A stretch of 59,303 nt of DNA, counting the filler, from Sphacelaria rigidula (Eukaryota), in the NCBI GenBank assembly GCA_964200075.2. It is 10 parts of 10 records of this genome, joined end to end, with 100 filler letters (N's around TTAATTAATTAA, not from the genome) between each part and the next. Parts side by side here need not be neighbours in the genome. Positions count along the whole stretch, not along the records: positions 11,883 to 17,723 come from CAXNAA020024050.1; positions 17,824 to 23,664 come from CAXNAA020024051.1; positions 23,765 to 29,604 come from CAXNAA020024052.1; 7 more parts are not named here. One strand, given 5' to 3'. The translations under genes and the position numbers were made by a program. This document shows, in pieces, positions 12,203-24,572 of this stretch (its first letter is position 1; every line of letters begins with the position of its first letter). The notes beneath the pieces were generated by a model. The model saw nothing but the letters and a program-made list of their open reading frames with translations, searched no databases and was not told where the DNA came from.

Positions 12203-15200
12203 GGTGAGGGCACTATTCCTCAGCATCTACTGCGCAAGTACATCATGTACGCCAGGAACAACGTAAGGCCTCAGCTACATAATATCGACCAGGACAAGGT
12301 GAGCCAAGAATATTTTATATCTTACACCGGGTGGTCACAGATTAGCCGCTCCGCCCCCTCCTTGATGAAAAACAGTAGGTAATAGTCAGGTATCTAGATA
12401 TTGAGAATTGGGTCAACTGCGTGTTCCAAGGTGACGATAAGAACGGATGGACCCTCCTCACCTGCGCGCACCCACAAAGGGGATATACGCATATTGAAAT
12501 AGAAAGGCACACCGTGGGCAGGATGACCAAATCATGATGGGGGGCTTGCGTTCTTTGGGCACAACCGGCAGACTATCGGAGATCGCCCGCGTTCGGAAAA
12601 TCACGACGTAGGTGGCGTGTTTACTGTTGGCACATACGCCGGGTTGGTTGGGGGGGAGGAGATGGACGTGCCATATTTGGGGGGAACACAGGTTGGGACT
12701 TACAATTTGCTGTTCATGTGTGTTGTGGAGATCAGGTACAGCTGATGTACTTACTTGTTGAAAATGGGCATTGAATGGGAAATGCCCACGCTGCTCACCT
12801 GAAGGAAGAACAGGGGGTGCAAGGCGTCAAGTGCATGTCGCTGATTCCGGTACACTTGATGATCAAATGTCCGACTACATCCACGTGGCTCACTTGCGAG
12901 AGGTTTGAAATTGTCCCGAAATGGCCGGAATATAAGGGTACTCCTCACTAATCCAAGTATGATCGAGATGTGGACCGGTGCCTCACCCCCATGCCGTGCA
13001 AAAACCGCGGTACAACAATCTACCGACGTGACATACCCCATTGTTGGGGAAATCCCGGTGATGAGCTGGAGTATCGGCATATGTTGATGGCGTGGTAACA
13101 CGGCTAGCTTCGCGTTGACACATATTATAGTTTACTCGGCACAGGGTTGGCGTCCTCTGTCCTTCAACGACCGACCAGTTCGTCATCGGAGTACCTCACA
13201 GGCGCCTTCACATTAGTTCGGATACCTGTATTTGCTGGGTGTCTGATTGATGCATTCCTCTCTGATTGAAGGTTGCCCGGCTATACGCCGACTTGCGTCG
13301 TGAAAGCTCCGCGTCCGGAGGAGTGCCGATCGCCGTGAGACATATCGAGAGCGTGATGCGAATGGCGGAAGCCAGAGCTCGGATGCACTTGAGGGAAAGC
13401 GTCAGGGAGGACGATGTCGACCTGGCTATTGGTGAGCAAGTGTTATTTACGGCGTCCACTGCACCCGGGTGCGATATTTTTCAATCCTTGGTTACTCCGG
13501 AGGCAGTAGCCCGCCCCGCCGAATAGAGCCCGTACGCGGCAGACTTCAACAAGCGCTCCCAATGACCCCAGTTTTGCTGTCGCCCGCATCCTAGTTTTCG
13601 ATAAAGTCGACGTTGAAATGTGTGCCATCGAGGAGCGGTCGCGTACTTTGAACTAGGGAACCTCCGCCAACTCAATTCTGCGGTAGGGTCTCGTGTCGTC
13701 ACCGCTGTCGCACCCCTTCGCCCATGATGGTGTACTTTTGTGTACTGCTTTATATATGCTTGTTTTGCGGCAGCGACGATTCTGGAGAGCTTCATCCAAG
13801 CGCAAAAGATGTCTGTGCGACGGGCGTTGCGACGAGGCTTCCGTAAATACCTAGCGGACCCATCAGACTTTTTCTCGCTGTTGCTCGTCGAGCTTCAGAA
13901 GATGGTGAGCGCTTTCCCCCTCCAGGTCGCCTCCATAGGCATGTGAAGAAATCGCAGCGTATTCACAAGTACAGTACGTGGAAATTCCATCGTTTCTGGG
14001 CGCACAGGGAATGAAGATTCCGTGATCTTAGTTGGGCATAGATATTGTAACACTGCACCTGCGCTTGGCGTGTCAAGTGCGTGGCACTGCTGCTACATAT
14101 CAACAGAGCTTGTGCGGGTTTCCGTGTGAGGCGTCAATTATGATTTTTATAAGTTCGATCGTTGTACAAAACACCGTGAACATTGGACCCAAAATTGGAG
14201 AGCAGCAAAGCGGCAACCACGTTTCCTTCACGAATACCAGGTTCTGTCGGGCGCGCAGTCCCGTCGTACCCATCACTATGTGAAAGCGCTCGTGGCCACG
14301 CGGAGACCGTAGCGCAGCTTCTTTGCATTCCCTCTCCTCAAGAATTTTATGGCTCATGCATGCACCGCACCCAGAACTCCTGTATTTGTTCTTCACTCGA
14401 GATTGATCCAGGGAGCGGGATGATGTTTGATATCGCGGAAAATGGTTGCAATACATGCTAAAAGTACAAATTCGAGAAAAACTTTCCAAGCGGCGTAAGT
14501 TTCGCTCAAGATACCCCCCCTCCCCTCACATGATGGGGCTTAAATACGAGAGTAGGCAAGCGAACCAGGGTTCAAATCACCTTGTCGAAAAAAAGGGGTT
14601 GGCTAAAACACTGTAGAAATTGTGCGGCAAGATGACGTCTGTATGTAGAAATGCCAAAGCGGTGTGCATCGAACTATTTTCATATATTTTATGCACCTAG
14701 TACACGGTTTTTCTACATCCTCCGTGTTTCGTTGTGCAACTCGAACGGCAGTTCCGCGACGAGCAGACGTACTACCGCCTACGACACAGCAATCCCCCGG
14801 AGTCTCTCGAGGTGGAAATGGATGACCTAGAGTCGAAAGCGGGAGAATTTGGTATCTACGATCTGTCGGGCTTCTACGGCAGCAAGGTCTTCAAGGAAAA
14901 AAGGTGGGGCACAACTGAAGGGTCAGAGTACTCTGATGGCTGATGGTTGATCGATGTATAATCTGATCATCAGGTTTTGTGTAAATGCGTCCTATAACAC
15001 ATATTTACGATTGGGGTAATCGCGATTTTTCAAGTATGATACCTTTATCGTACTGTACGCGTACACGGGACCTGTGTTCGAATAAGGCGCCTCCACATCG
15101 TGAGGTGCCAGATTTGGCTGGACGTAAGATGCACAGTGGCTACAGAAACACCGTCTGCGCACCAACGGCTCATGTCAGGTTCTCTGTAGCTGCGATGGTT

Positions 15201-15726
15201 GAAAAACATGGGCTCGCCACAGAGTACGTGGCTATCGAACAGCTGAGCATGTATCCAGATAAGCTACTTCTGGATGTTTTCGTGATCGGGCAGGAGGCCA
15301 CTTGAACTCATCGACGCATGCCGCCGTCTGCGGTGACTGGCGAAGTACACGACAGTAGCCCAAGAAACAAGGCACGCGTTGGCGATATGTAGCGCTGGTG
15401 TGGCGATGCAACTGAAGCAAGCAATGTCCTGTGGAATAGTACGTTCGAAGCAACTACGTTTGAACAGCGGCGATTATTGTCTTGCCAAGGTATCACATAA
15501 ACTCCCTCTCGATGTAAAAACAGTGAATGCGTGTTGGCATGGCGCATCCTAGTCTCTCCGGGTACTATTTTTTCACCAAGTGACTGGCTGGCCCGAGCAC
15601 TCTTCACCTTTCGCATGTAGTGGCAGTGCAGCGCTTGATTTAACGTCCATCACTCCCTCATTTGCTCTTCTCATTGCCAGATTATCGGTGGACAACCAGA
15701 GGCGAAAAATCATCAAGACCTTTTGA
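12203..15726 (+). CDS. MCM2: DNA replication licensing factor MCM2, last five exons 12203-12298, 13272-13431, 13774-13904, 14752-14903, 15681-15726
   Basis: Spliced translation [108 protein letters not shown].../FRDEQTYY...[29 protein letters not shown] matches the MCM2 C-terminus; all introns GT-AG with consistent phases. Confidence 0.95.
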
Positions 15727-17185
15727 AGGGGCTTGAAAACAACTTGGCAGGTCATCACTCTTGGGTCACCTACGGTGCCGTTGCTACATGAGCGTACCAG
15801 GCTTTCGCCCAGGAGCAGGCCCATCTTGCTCAGCACCTTTGGATGTATTCGCCTGCCATATGGATTCCATTTACCCCAACAACATTTGGATGGACGGAGG
15901 GCTGGAATACATGAGATTCGTATCCAGTATTGTAGACTGGCTTCTGGATGGGTATGCGGATTAAACCTGGTATTTAGGGCATCAAGCCATGAAATATGCA
16001 AGCCCTCCGGGGGATATGGTTGCGAAAACAGGATAGACTGTGACGTAGACGTGCTGGTTGCATTATGCACCTTGGATATAATTTCAGAACAGTTTATGTG
16101 CGAGCAATGACAGCCTTGCGCCACGAGGAAAGAAGAAACCTTGCCGAACAAAATCTGATCAATTTTGACCCTGGTGCGGATGCACTGCTGCAACGCGCAA
16201 CCCCAGGTGGGATGGTTGACTGTGGTTCATATGGCATGTGGTCGAAGTTTCAGCGATTTCAGCGCGTGTGCGGTCGTGCCTCCCAACTGAGCACCTCTAC
16301 AGGCGATGCGCTGATGAGAGTTACAGAGATGATGATTATCCAGAGGGTGTCCTATATTAATACAGATTGATGTTTGTTTTGCCAGCGCAGCGGCCGCCCA
16401 GCTGCTCATGATGTGGAATTTAGTCCACAACCTGGACAGAAGGATGCACTGTCAAAAAGTGTACTGGGTACAGTATCGACTACTGCGCCTATTGCAACAG
16501 ACAGTATATTCCATACTGTACACAGAACGTTTTTTGACAATGTAATTCGTTGTCCAGGGTGTGATTTAGTGCACCAGTGTGTGCGCGAGTCTTGCCCAAA
16601 ATCACTGATGTCTGTGTTATCGTTTGTGCGCGACCCGAACGTGCCGCCGATTGGTGCCCATGCTACCTGTGTTGTGTCCCACTAGTGCGCCACGCGTCAA
16701 GGCGGGCAATCCAGCCGCGGTGGAGTAATCCACAATTAAAGTTTCTGTTCCGAAGTTCGATGATTTTCCCATCCGGGCACTTCCATTTATAACACGTATG
16801 CATGGGCGTCGGCGTATATTGGAGTTTTTTTTCTCTTGACACAAAACTGATGAAACTCCTTGGGCCACGCAGCATGAGCTCGGTCGGGGACGCTGCTGTG
16901 TGAGCACAGCCTGCGTGACAACCGAAACGATATGAGCGTACATGTAACCCGTCGCTCGTCACCGCTAGAAGAGGCGGTATTCGTCCTACAGGGTGTCAAC
17001 CCCCGTCTGAGCTGCGCATGACCATTCATTTTGTTTTATACATATTACTCTTGTCACCAATGAGCCTTCGTTGAATACGGATGCCATCGGGTCCTTGAAC
17101 GCAGTAAACTGCTCTACCATTCTCAAACATGTTATTTTAGCGAACATGGCGTCAAAGTGTTTGTGAAGTAAGTAAAGTACATCGA

Positions 17186-17454
17186 ACTCTGTTTCCGGGA
17201 GATTGAGAGTGAGGAGTGGTCAATTACTGACCATCGATTCAGTTCCGAAATCACCCTCCACGAGGCCCGATCGGCTTTCTGTAGCTTGCCACTGAAGCCC
17301 TTGATATCCGAGTAGGATATGAGCGTGTAGGTTTAAGCACACGTTACTATTATAATCAAGGAAAAACACAGGATGAAAAACTGGTCAAGTTAAAGCGCAT
17401 GATAAAACCCACTCTCCATCAAAGCTCTACGCTGAATTTCACGAAAACGTTGTT
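17186..17454 (-). mobile_element. MITE family B, degenerate copy; partial copies start at 17630 and 29204
   Basis: Reverse complement of 42335-42635; ends CACGAAAACGTTGTT. Confidence 0.7.
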
Positions 17455-17823
17455 ATTGGGGCACCACGTAGTGCAGTATATATGTTCGATGTGTAGAGTC
17501 CAACCCACTTCGACCGTGGTGAGGTGCAATTTAACATTGCTTGGAGGTACTCAACGACCACAGCTATGCGTAGCAAGTCCGACCGCGGTACAGTGTGGCC
17601 CTGGACTAGAATTACCACAGTTTACACCCAACAGTGTTTTCGTGAGATTGAGAGTAGATGATACGATTGAGAGAGCATTTGACAAATCGCTTTAAGTGAG
17701 TCATTGTTTTACTGCACATGTGCNNNNNNNNNNNNNNNNNNNNNNNNNNNNNNNNNNNNNNNNNNNNTTAATTAATTAANNNNNNNNNNNNNNNNNNNNN
17801 NNNNNNNNNNNNNNNNNNNNNNN

Positions 17824-17891
17824 CAGGGAAAGCACGGCTTTTGAGTTGAACCTCATTTTTTTTTTCAACCTCATTTTCGAGAATCGGCTGT
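17824..17891. mobile_element. Right end of TIR family C (...TCGGCTGTT); also 23765-23836, 41585-41649, ~41765-41897, and reversed near 29550-29604
   Basis: Near-identical GGAAAGCACGGCTTTTGAGTTGAACCTCA...AATCGGCTGTT at two contig starts, with related copies at other contig ends. Confidence 0.65.
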
Positions 17892-18655
17892 TAAGGGTAT
17901 ATCCTCCAAAAGGCGCGAAAAATACGAAACTGGCGGGCGCCGGTTAGACCTGGACAGTCGTTCATGTTCTTGTCGGTCGTGGACCTTCCGTGCGGCGGGC
18001 GAGTTGTCGTCGACAGCCCAGGGAAAGTAGCAAACAACGGTCGATATGAGATATTACACTGCAAGCATTAGCAGGTAGACGAGGCTCAGAAAAATAGAGA
18101 AAAAAAAAAATCAGTCCGATTCGTCAGCACGAAAATGTGACAAGCTGAGGTCACGAAAAGTGACCACCTACGCTGGCTTTCGCGCCCAAAAAACTTGGAG
18201 CTTCGACCCCAAACTGGCATCTCTCACCTGCGGGCCGCAAGGGTATTTTATGTCCGTGGTTACAGTCGGCAGCCTCGGAATCTCTCAAACGATCAGTCTT
18301 GGATATGGAATTTATGTGCACCAGTCAGTACGTGTGGCTAGTCTTGATGCGTCTTTTGCTGTGTGAGAAGCACTCGCACCCCGAAAAATTACGCATCACT
18401 TGAAACAGGGAACCGGAATTCCACATTTTCAATTATCCATGCGGAGAAATGAGGAATCTGACTCAAGTCCAAAGAGTCATGAAATTTTGAATGATTTTGA
18501 TGACACGGGATTTTACAAATTGAGGAGTGAATTTTTTCAGGATGAAACTCGGGAACCATCGGAAGCATCGAAGTGTTCTCGAAAACCAAATGGGTATGCC
18601 CGATTCGATCGTCACGTGTGGTCTTGCTCATCCTCAACATAAAATCCGTTCACGA

Positions 18656-19026
18656 TTGTGTTGTGTTGTGTTGTCGTCCCATTTATTCTCGACGCCGGTT
18701 TACAACTTTCGGATTACGTGAGCGCACCAGCCGATGTCACACAGGAGGAAGGCCAACACAGGATATATATATATATATATATATTTGTCATTGCTTCTCC
18801 ATGTTCCTCCTGCGGTGCTCACCTTTTATTTTTCAATCCGAGAGGGATTCACCAGCGGTCCTTTTACCTCGTCGACCATCAAGTCGAATTCCGTGTACCC
18901 ACGACATAGTCGCTCTCCACTGTTGGGCATTGCGTGAGAAAAATCCCAGATCGCTCCGAGAGTCGAACGCAAGACTCAACCGTCAGAGGCTTTCGAGGTT
19001 ATCAACTGAGCCATCGGAACGACCAG
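18656..19026 (-). mobile_element. Full-length tRNA-derived SINE (~370 bp) with (CAACA)n tail
   Basis: Minus-strand A box TGGCTCAGTTG and B box GTTCGACTC; body shared with 53041-53364; (TGTTG)n on + strand at the 3' end. Confidence 0.8.
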
Positions 19027-19427
19027 CAAAATCATTGTTTTACGGGAATGAATGGAAGTCGAAATTGTTCGGTATAGACACGGGATTTTATGAATTGCGA
19101 ATGGATTCTTTCGGGGATGAGCGAGGCCGCACGTCACGGCCGAAGAGTGTGTTTTTATCTTTATTTCGAAGATATTTCGGTGCTTATGGAGGCTCCAAAG
19201 GTTCGTCCTACAAAAAATAAACTTCCTCGATTTGTAAAATCGGGCGTTGTTGGTTGTTGAACCATCCTTTCTACATATCATGACCCGTAGGTCGAGTCTG
19301 AAGACAAGTCTGATTCAAGTCCCGCGAGTCATTTGTGAAAAATGTGGACTTGTTATATACTCAAGGTCTATGAGTCAGAGTACGCCTCAATCATCGATAC
19401 CTGCATGGCGGGGTGCGGGTGGCATAC

Positions 19428-19882
19428 AACACGGGATCTTACAAATTGGGGATGGATCTCTCATTGAGGATGAGAAACCCGGAGAATTAAAATCTTCGTA
19501 TCCACATCAAATCCTCGAAATATGATTCCTTGTTTTCACCTACTGATAGCTATTGATAACTGCTACACGCCACAGAAATTTGGATTTCGATCACCGAAAG
19601 GTTGCGGTCCTGGGTGAAAAACCAATTTCGGAACCATTTTGGCGTCCGTTCGGACACCCAAAAATCCCAAAAATTCGTTGTTCACCTAGAATCAAGCTAG
19701 AACCCCAACATTTCGGTTATCGAGATACAAATTTGTATGACGTGTAGTAGTTGTCAAAAGCTATCAGTGGGTGAAGAAATCGAACCATATTTCGAAGATT
19801 TGGTGTGGATACGAAGATTATAATTCTCCGGGTTTCTCATCCCCAGTAAAAGATGCATCCACTTTTTGTAAGATCCCGTGTT
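19428..19882. mobile_element. Foldback MITE family A (~450 bp), TSD ATAC
   Basis: AACACGGGATCTTACAAA...TTTGTAAGATCCCGTGTT with ~200-bp inverted arms; ATAC on both flanks. Confidence 0.9.
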
Positions 19883-21401
19883 ATACCCCGCCTGTGGCTG
19901 TATTTCATTCCCGTCTATTTTACAGTACGCAGCTGGCACAATCTATACTCCGGAGTATATTTCTTGTTAAGTAACCAGGATCAGGGATGATCGCGGCAAC
20001 ACGAACAGCGACACGAGTACCCTACCGTGCGCCACCACAGAAATGGTAACAGCAGGCGGCTCTCTGTCGTCACCTTCGCCTGATACGTGGCAATGTTCTC
20101 GTGTCTTCGACGGTTTAGAAGGCACCTCTAATGCACGGAGCCGCAGGACAAATAGTGAGGACAGACGGCAGGAATCGTGTGTAGGAGGCCGTGTGCACGT
20201 TTGTTGGGATCTCTTGTGTCCTAGTGTTCTGCAAGGTCATCAAATTACACACACAGTATACATATTTGTCCGTGTTAAAACCTTGACCACGGTATGTTAT
20301 GTGATCCAACACGATATTTTCGAGTAAAGACTGCTGCCGAGATAGCCCCCCCCTGAACCGGCCAAAAACGTGCACGGAGGCGATGATCAGATATGCCGCT
20401 AGAGCTGGTTTCGTGCTGCACGACGCGACTCATTTGGGCCTTACAGTTGATTTTGGACATATAACCACCTCTTATGTGGGCGGAATTGCTGCAAACGAGC
20501 CCAATAACTGGATCGCAGCCGGTTTGCCTGGCGGTCTCTGGTGCACTTTTTGTGGGGGGGCTACCTCGGCATGAGTCTAAAAATACTGCCGATACAACCG
20601 ATCACCTGACTCATCGCGGCAAAAGGGTTCGAACATCGGAACTTGGAAGATTCGGAGGGGAAAAAACGCGTCATGATTGGTTGGAAAAATACGGATGCCC
20701 GTCTGATTGAAATTACCAACGAAAGCTGGACTTCATGTCATACGTCCTGTGCATTGTCCCAATATCCGACAGTTCATATTAGGAAAATGACTCACGTCCT
20801 CAAGAGTTATTAGAAAAATGAGGACAGGGCTGAAGATAGTGCCACAAGCCATTCGGGAAAAGGAAGTTCGAGTTTGATTCAGGTCTGAAAGCCATCAATG
20901 TTCTTGACTCGTATGACGCAAGATCCAGGAGTCATTCGAAAACGTGGTGCGGTACTCGTGACCTCAGGCATGCCGAGTCAAACAGGTCAAGGTGGGACGC
21001 CTTCAAAATGTGAAAAAATCCGTACTCGTTGCCTGTCCCTCCGATCGTCTTGTTCAAAAATTCTGTTCTCAATCATCACTACCCTTCCACCCATCACGTG
21101 TGCGGGATGCAACTTGGTACAGGCTTGCCGCTGATATGCATCCGTCGCTCACTGAAAACTCAGCCCCGCGACTTCTAGACAAGCTTTGGACCTTATCCCC
21201 GGGGAAAATGGGGAAGGGTATTGCGCTCAAAACAAAAACAGCGCCAGCACACAGTTGCACATACGCGCAATAGCGCCACACAGCAGCAGCCCAACACTGT
21301 AGATTCCACCCGGTACTGTGCATGTAAAGAATGATTTGCCCAGCTAGCAGTCGGTACTCGAAATCCTCCTCACGTAGAGGATCAGATTCCCTTCTGAGGA
21401 A

Positions 21402-23108
21402 TCACCATTGGTACATTTTTCCAGGTGGGGGGGGCAGGCCCTTCTCCTTGGCCTCTTGTACGAGGTCTACCCCATCATCCACCCAGCTCGGCCTCACGTT
21501 GTGGTCGGGCATGAATCTCTGTGGAGCGGGTAAACGACGGACGGACGCGCGGGGGCAGGAGCGAGCCAAGGCGCTCAGATGATTAGTGCTTCATGCATTG
21601 ACTGTTGGCCCCCGCTGGCCACGGGGTACCGGGGATTGGGTGGGGACAAGACGCCACAGATATGACGGTGTTACCTTCCCTCGCGATGCCGTGGAGCCAG
21701 ATTCACTTTGGTACACGTGACATTACTTTCCTTTGAAGGGAGGAACAACACGTGAAGAACATTCCCAGTCGGTCTAGAACTACACGTGATAATATTCAGG
21801 AGCAAGTCAGAAACCACTCTACGCTCACAACCAGACGCTGTTCTCGACGATACCATCGACACCGAGCCTCGTCACTCCCATGATCCCCCTGTGTTCTTTG
21901 CCGCCTGTGTAGATAGCGGTCTATCGCGACCATCACCGACCTTGCAGGTATGAGGCTTCACGAGTGGCAATGTAGGAGAAATGACAGGGGAAACATTCTG
22001 TGCTATGCACTCGCTCGACACTACCGCGGATCGCGACCACATGCACGGGTACCGCTAAAAACACATTCCCCCCACCTGGATTGATGCGTCCCTGGCTTCG
22101 TTGGTAGCTGACATAGCAGACCGGAGGCCTGAGGGATCGTATCTAAGGACGGCGGGGTTCTTGTTTCCTCGTGATTCCGGTGGGCGGTCCGGTGGTGCCT
22201 TGTCTCCTAGTAGTGCGGTAGCCTGAGCCATATTCCAGAGTTGTGTTGAGGGAGGGGGGGGGCATACTCATTTGTTGCTTGCCTTACTTGTTCGACTATT
22301 GACCATGCATCCCTTTCGATAAGGAGCACGAGTCACACAACAAGCACGAGTCAAGTGGGGGTTAAAATAAAAGGGGGATCGCGACACATGAAACCCATGC
22401 ATGGTCCAACACCTGGATTGCGGTTGATGCAGAAATCATCATCTTGCTCGGTAGGTAAATGGGAGCACTTGCACAATCCGGTTGATGCAGTGGGGGAGTC
22501 GCTTGTGCTTCCGCAAGTTTGATTGTCTGATGCATGTTTGGTCACTCATTATTCTACATATCTACGGGTACTGGTGTAGTTAGTTCCATGGATCACTTCA
22601 TTACTTGAAATGAGATCGGGACGGAACAAATGAACGACGAACGCGTTACACCAAGAGCGGCACCCACTGAATCGCAACGCGCCACGATCAACGAAAAAAG
22701 TTGACGCCATGACAAATATAACATCTGGCATCGCAGCCTTCCGATCCTTGCAGTTGTGCAGATTCCTCGCCAAGAGCAACCAACAAATCTCACCATTTCA
22801 AAACAAGGACAGTGAGACGTATAGCGGTGAATGATGTAGACACTGATGAAATTTGTCGTCCCACCCTTGATGCAGTTTCCACGGTGCAAGATTGTGGGCA
22901 CAGTCGACTCCTTCCAACAGGGCGCGCGGATTCGACATAACATACCGAACGAATATCAGCATCAAGAAAATGGTCCATCGTCGTACCTCCTGCTTGCCAT
23001 CCGAGATGCCTGGTCTTAGCCCGGGCGCAATGTAATTCATCTCGTCCCTTGGTGCCCTGCTCGTGTCTCTCTTGAAGTAGCCTATGTCGTACACCCTTTC
23101 AGGGTAAT
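21402..23108 (-). CDS. Probable mitochondrial complex I accessory subunit, NDUFA7/B14.5a-like; last three exons 23108-22987, 22222-22076, 21518-21402
   Basis: GT-AG exons splice in frame to DYPERVYDIGYFKRDTSRAP...KQE/ATALLGDKAPP...NKNPAVLRYDPSGLRSAMSATNEARDASIQ/RFMPDHNVRPSW...KGLPPPPGKMYQW*. VYDIxYFxRDxxR and terminal PPxPGKxYQW resemble NDUFA7 motifs. Gene structure is firm; family call is from recall. Confidence 0.65.
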
Positions 23109-24572
23109 CTACAGCGTACAAAAAGCGAGATAAAAAAAGAGTGGGCAAAAGGGCGGTCATGATGCATTATAAAAACGAGCAGCTAGGAAACAACATTCCT
23201 ATGATGGAACGTACGGCAACCACTGAGCTACCAGCGGAAAGCTCACAGTTCAGTGATGACGGTGTGTTCTAAGAGAAGCTAGTCTCGGGGGTTCGATTCC
23301 CCAAAGGATCATTTTTGACCGATGTCTTCATGAAAAAAAATATATGTATATATAGAGAGAGAGACGCGCCTGTCACGATATATCCACTACAGCATACCTG
23401 CCACGATAAGAGCGGATATGGTAAAGATTTATTATTATTTTATTATTATTATTATCATTGTATCCATCACATTAGCTCGATCTCTCGAACCCGTGGTCAC
23501 AGAGTGCAAGGAGCATACCACCAATATACCCATAACCCAAACAGCCCGCAGAAGAAGGCAAGAAACCAAAACATCTACACGAAAAAAAGGGCACCCACAC
23601 TACGAAAGATCCGTATGAGACCGATTGAACTACAGGAGACCTACTTGTACTGGAATCAGTCCCCNNNNNNNNNNNNNNNNNNNNNNNNNNNNNNNNNNNN
23701 NNNNNNNNTTAATTAATTAANNNNNNNNNNNNNNNNNNNNNNNNNNNNNNNNNNNNNNNNNNNNAGGTCAGGGAAAGCACGGCTTTTGAGTTGAACCTCA
23801 TTTTTTTTTCAACCCCATTTTCGAAAATCGGCTGTTATCTGTCGATGAGTATGACAGTCAAGTGTGTGACGTATCCACCCTCTCCACCCCGTGCGTTGTC
23901 GGTCTTCTACCCGCACAGTCCCCAGCAAGCCACATCCATATGTCGGGGGAACGATATTTCGCTGTCTGGTCAGATTGCTTTTGCCTAGCCATTGCCGATA
24001 ACTAGCCTAGCTCTCATCAGGGACTTCCCCACGGCGCAAAATGTTCACTTTCTGAACAAACGATATGCGGTTCGAACCCCGGCATGACCGGGTGGAAGTG
24101 AAAATTTCGACATATGAACCATGGGACTTGCGAGGGGCCCGAGGTTCCGGAGATCACTGATGTGTCATGCCGAGGTGGACCACACACCATATATTTTGTG
24201 TTTGAAGCGAACATCGTGGCCCTTTGGAGATCCCACAATGAGCTCCAACTACCATGTGACGGTTGCACAGCTGAAGGAGATATTGAAGACTTGTGGGAGT
24301 CAACCACTACAGCGGGATGCTGGAGGACTTGCCATAGTTGATGCTGACAAGCATGACAAGGATGGGTATGTGGCGTGAGATGTGGCGATGCCCCCCCCCC
24401 CCACCCCTAGAAAAGTGGCTGGTTTGAGGAGGCGAAAATCTACATATATATGTAGATCAAAAGCACAGAAGCCGAGCACGCCGAGCAACTGGAAACTTCC
24501 ACGCTTGGGATGGTTTTGGCCAATGCCACCCACATGAGGCGTTTCATGCATTCTGAAACCAGCTATCATGCG

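Noticed and set aside
15573..16370. ORFs of 206, 125 and 101 aa
   Set aside because: They overlap the last MCM2 exon and its presumed 3' UTR; no recognisable domain
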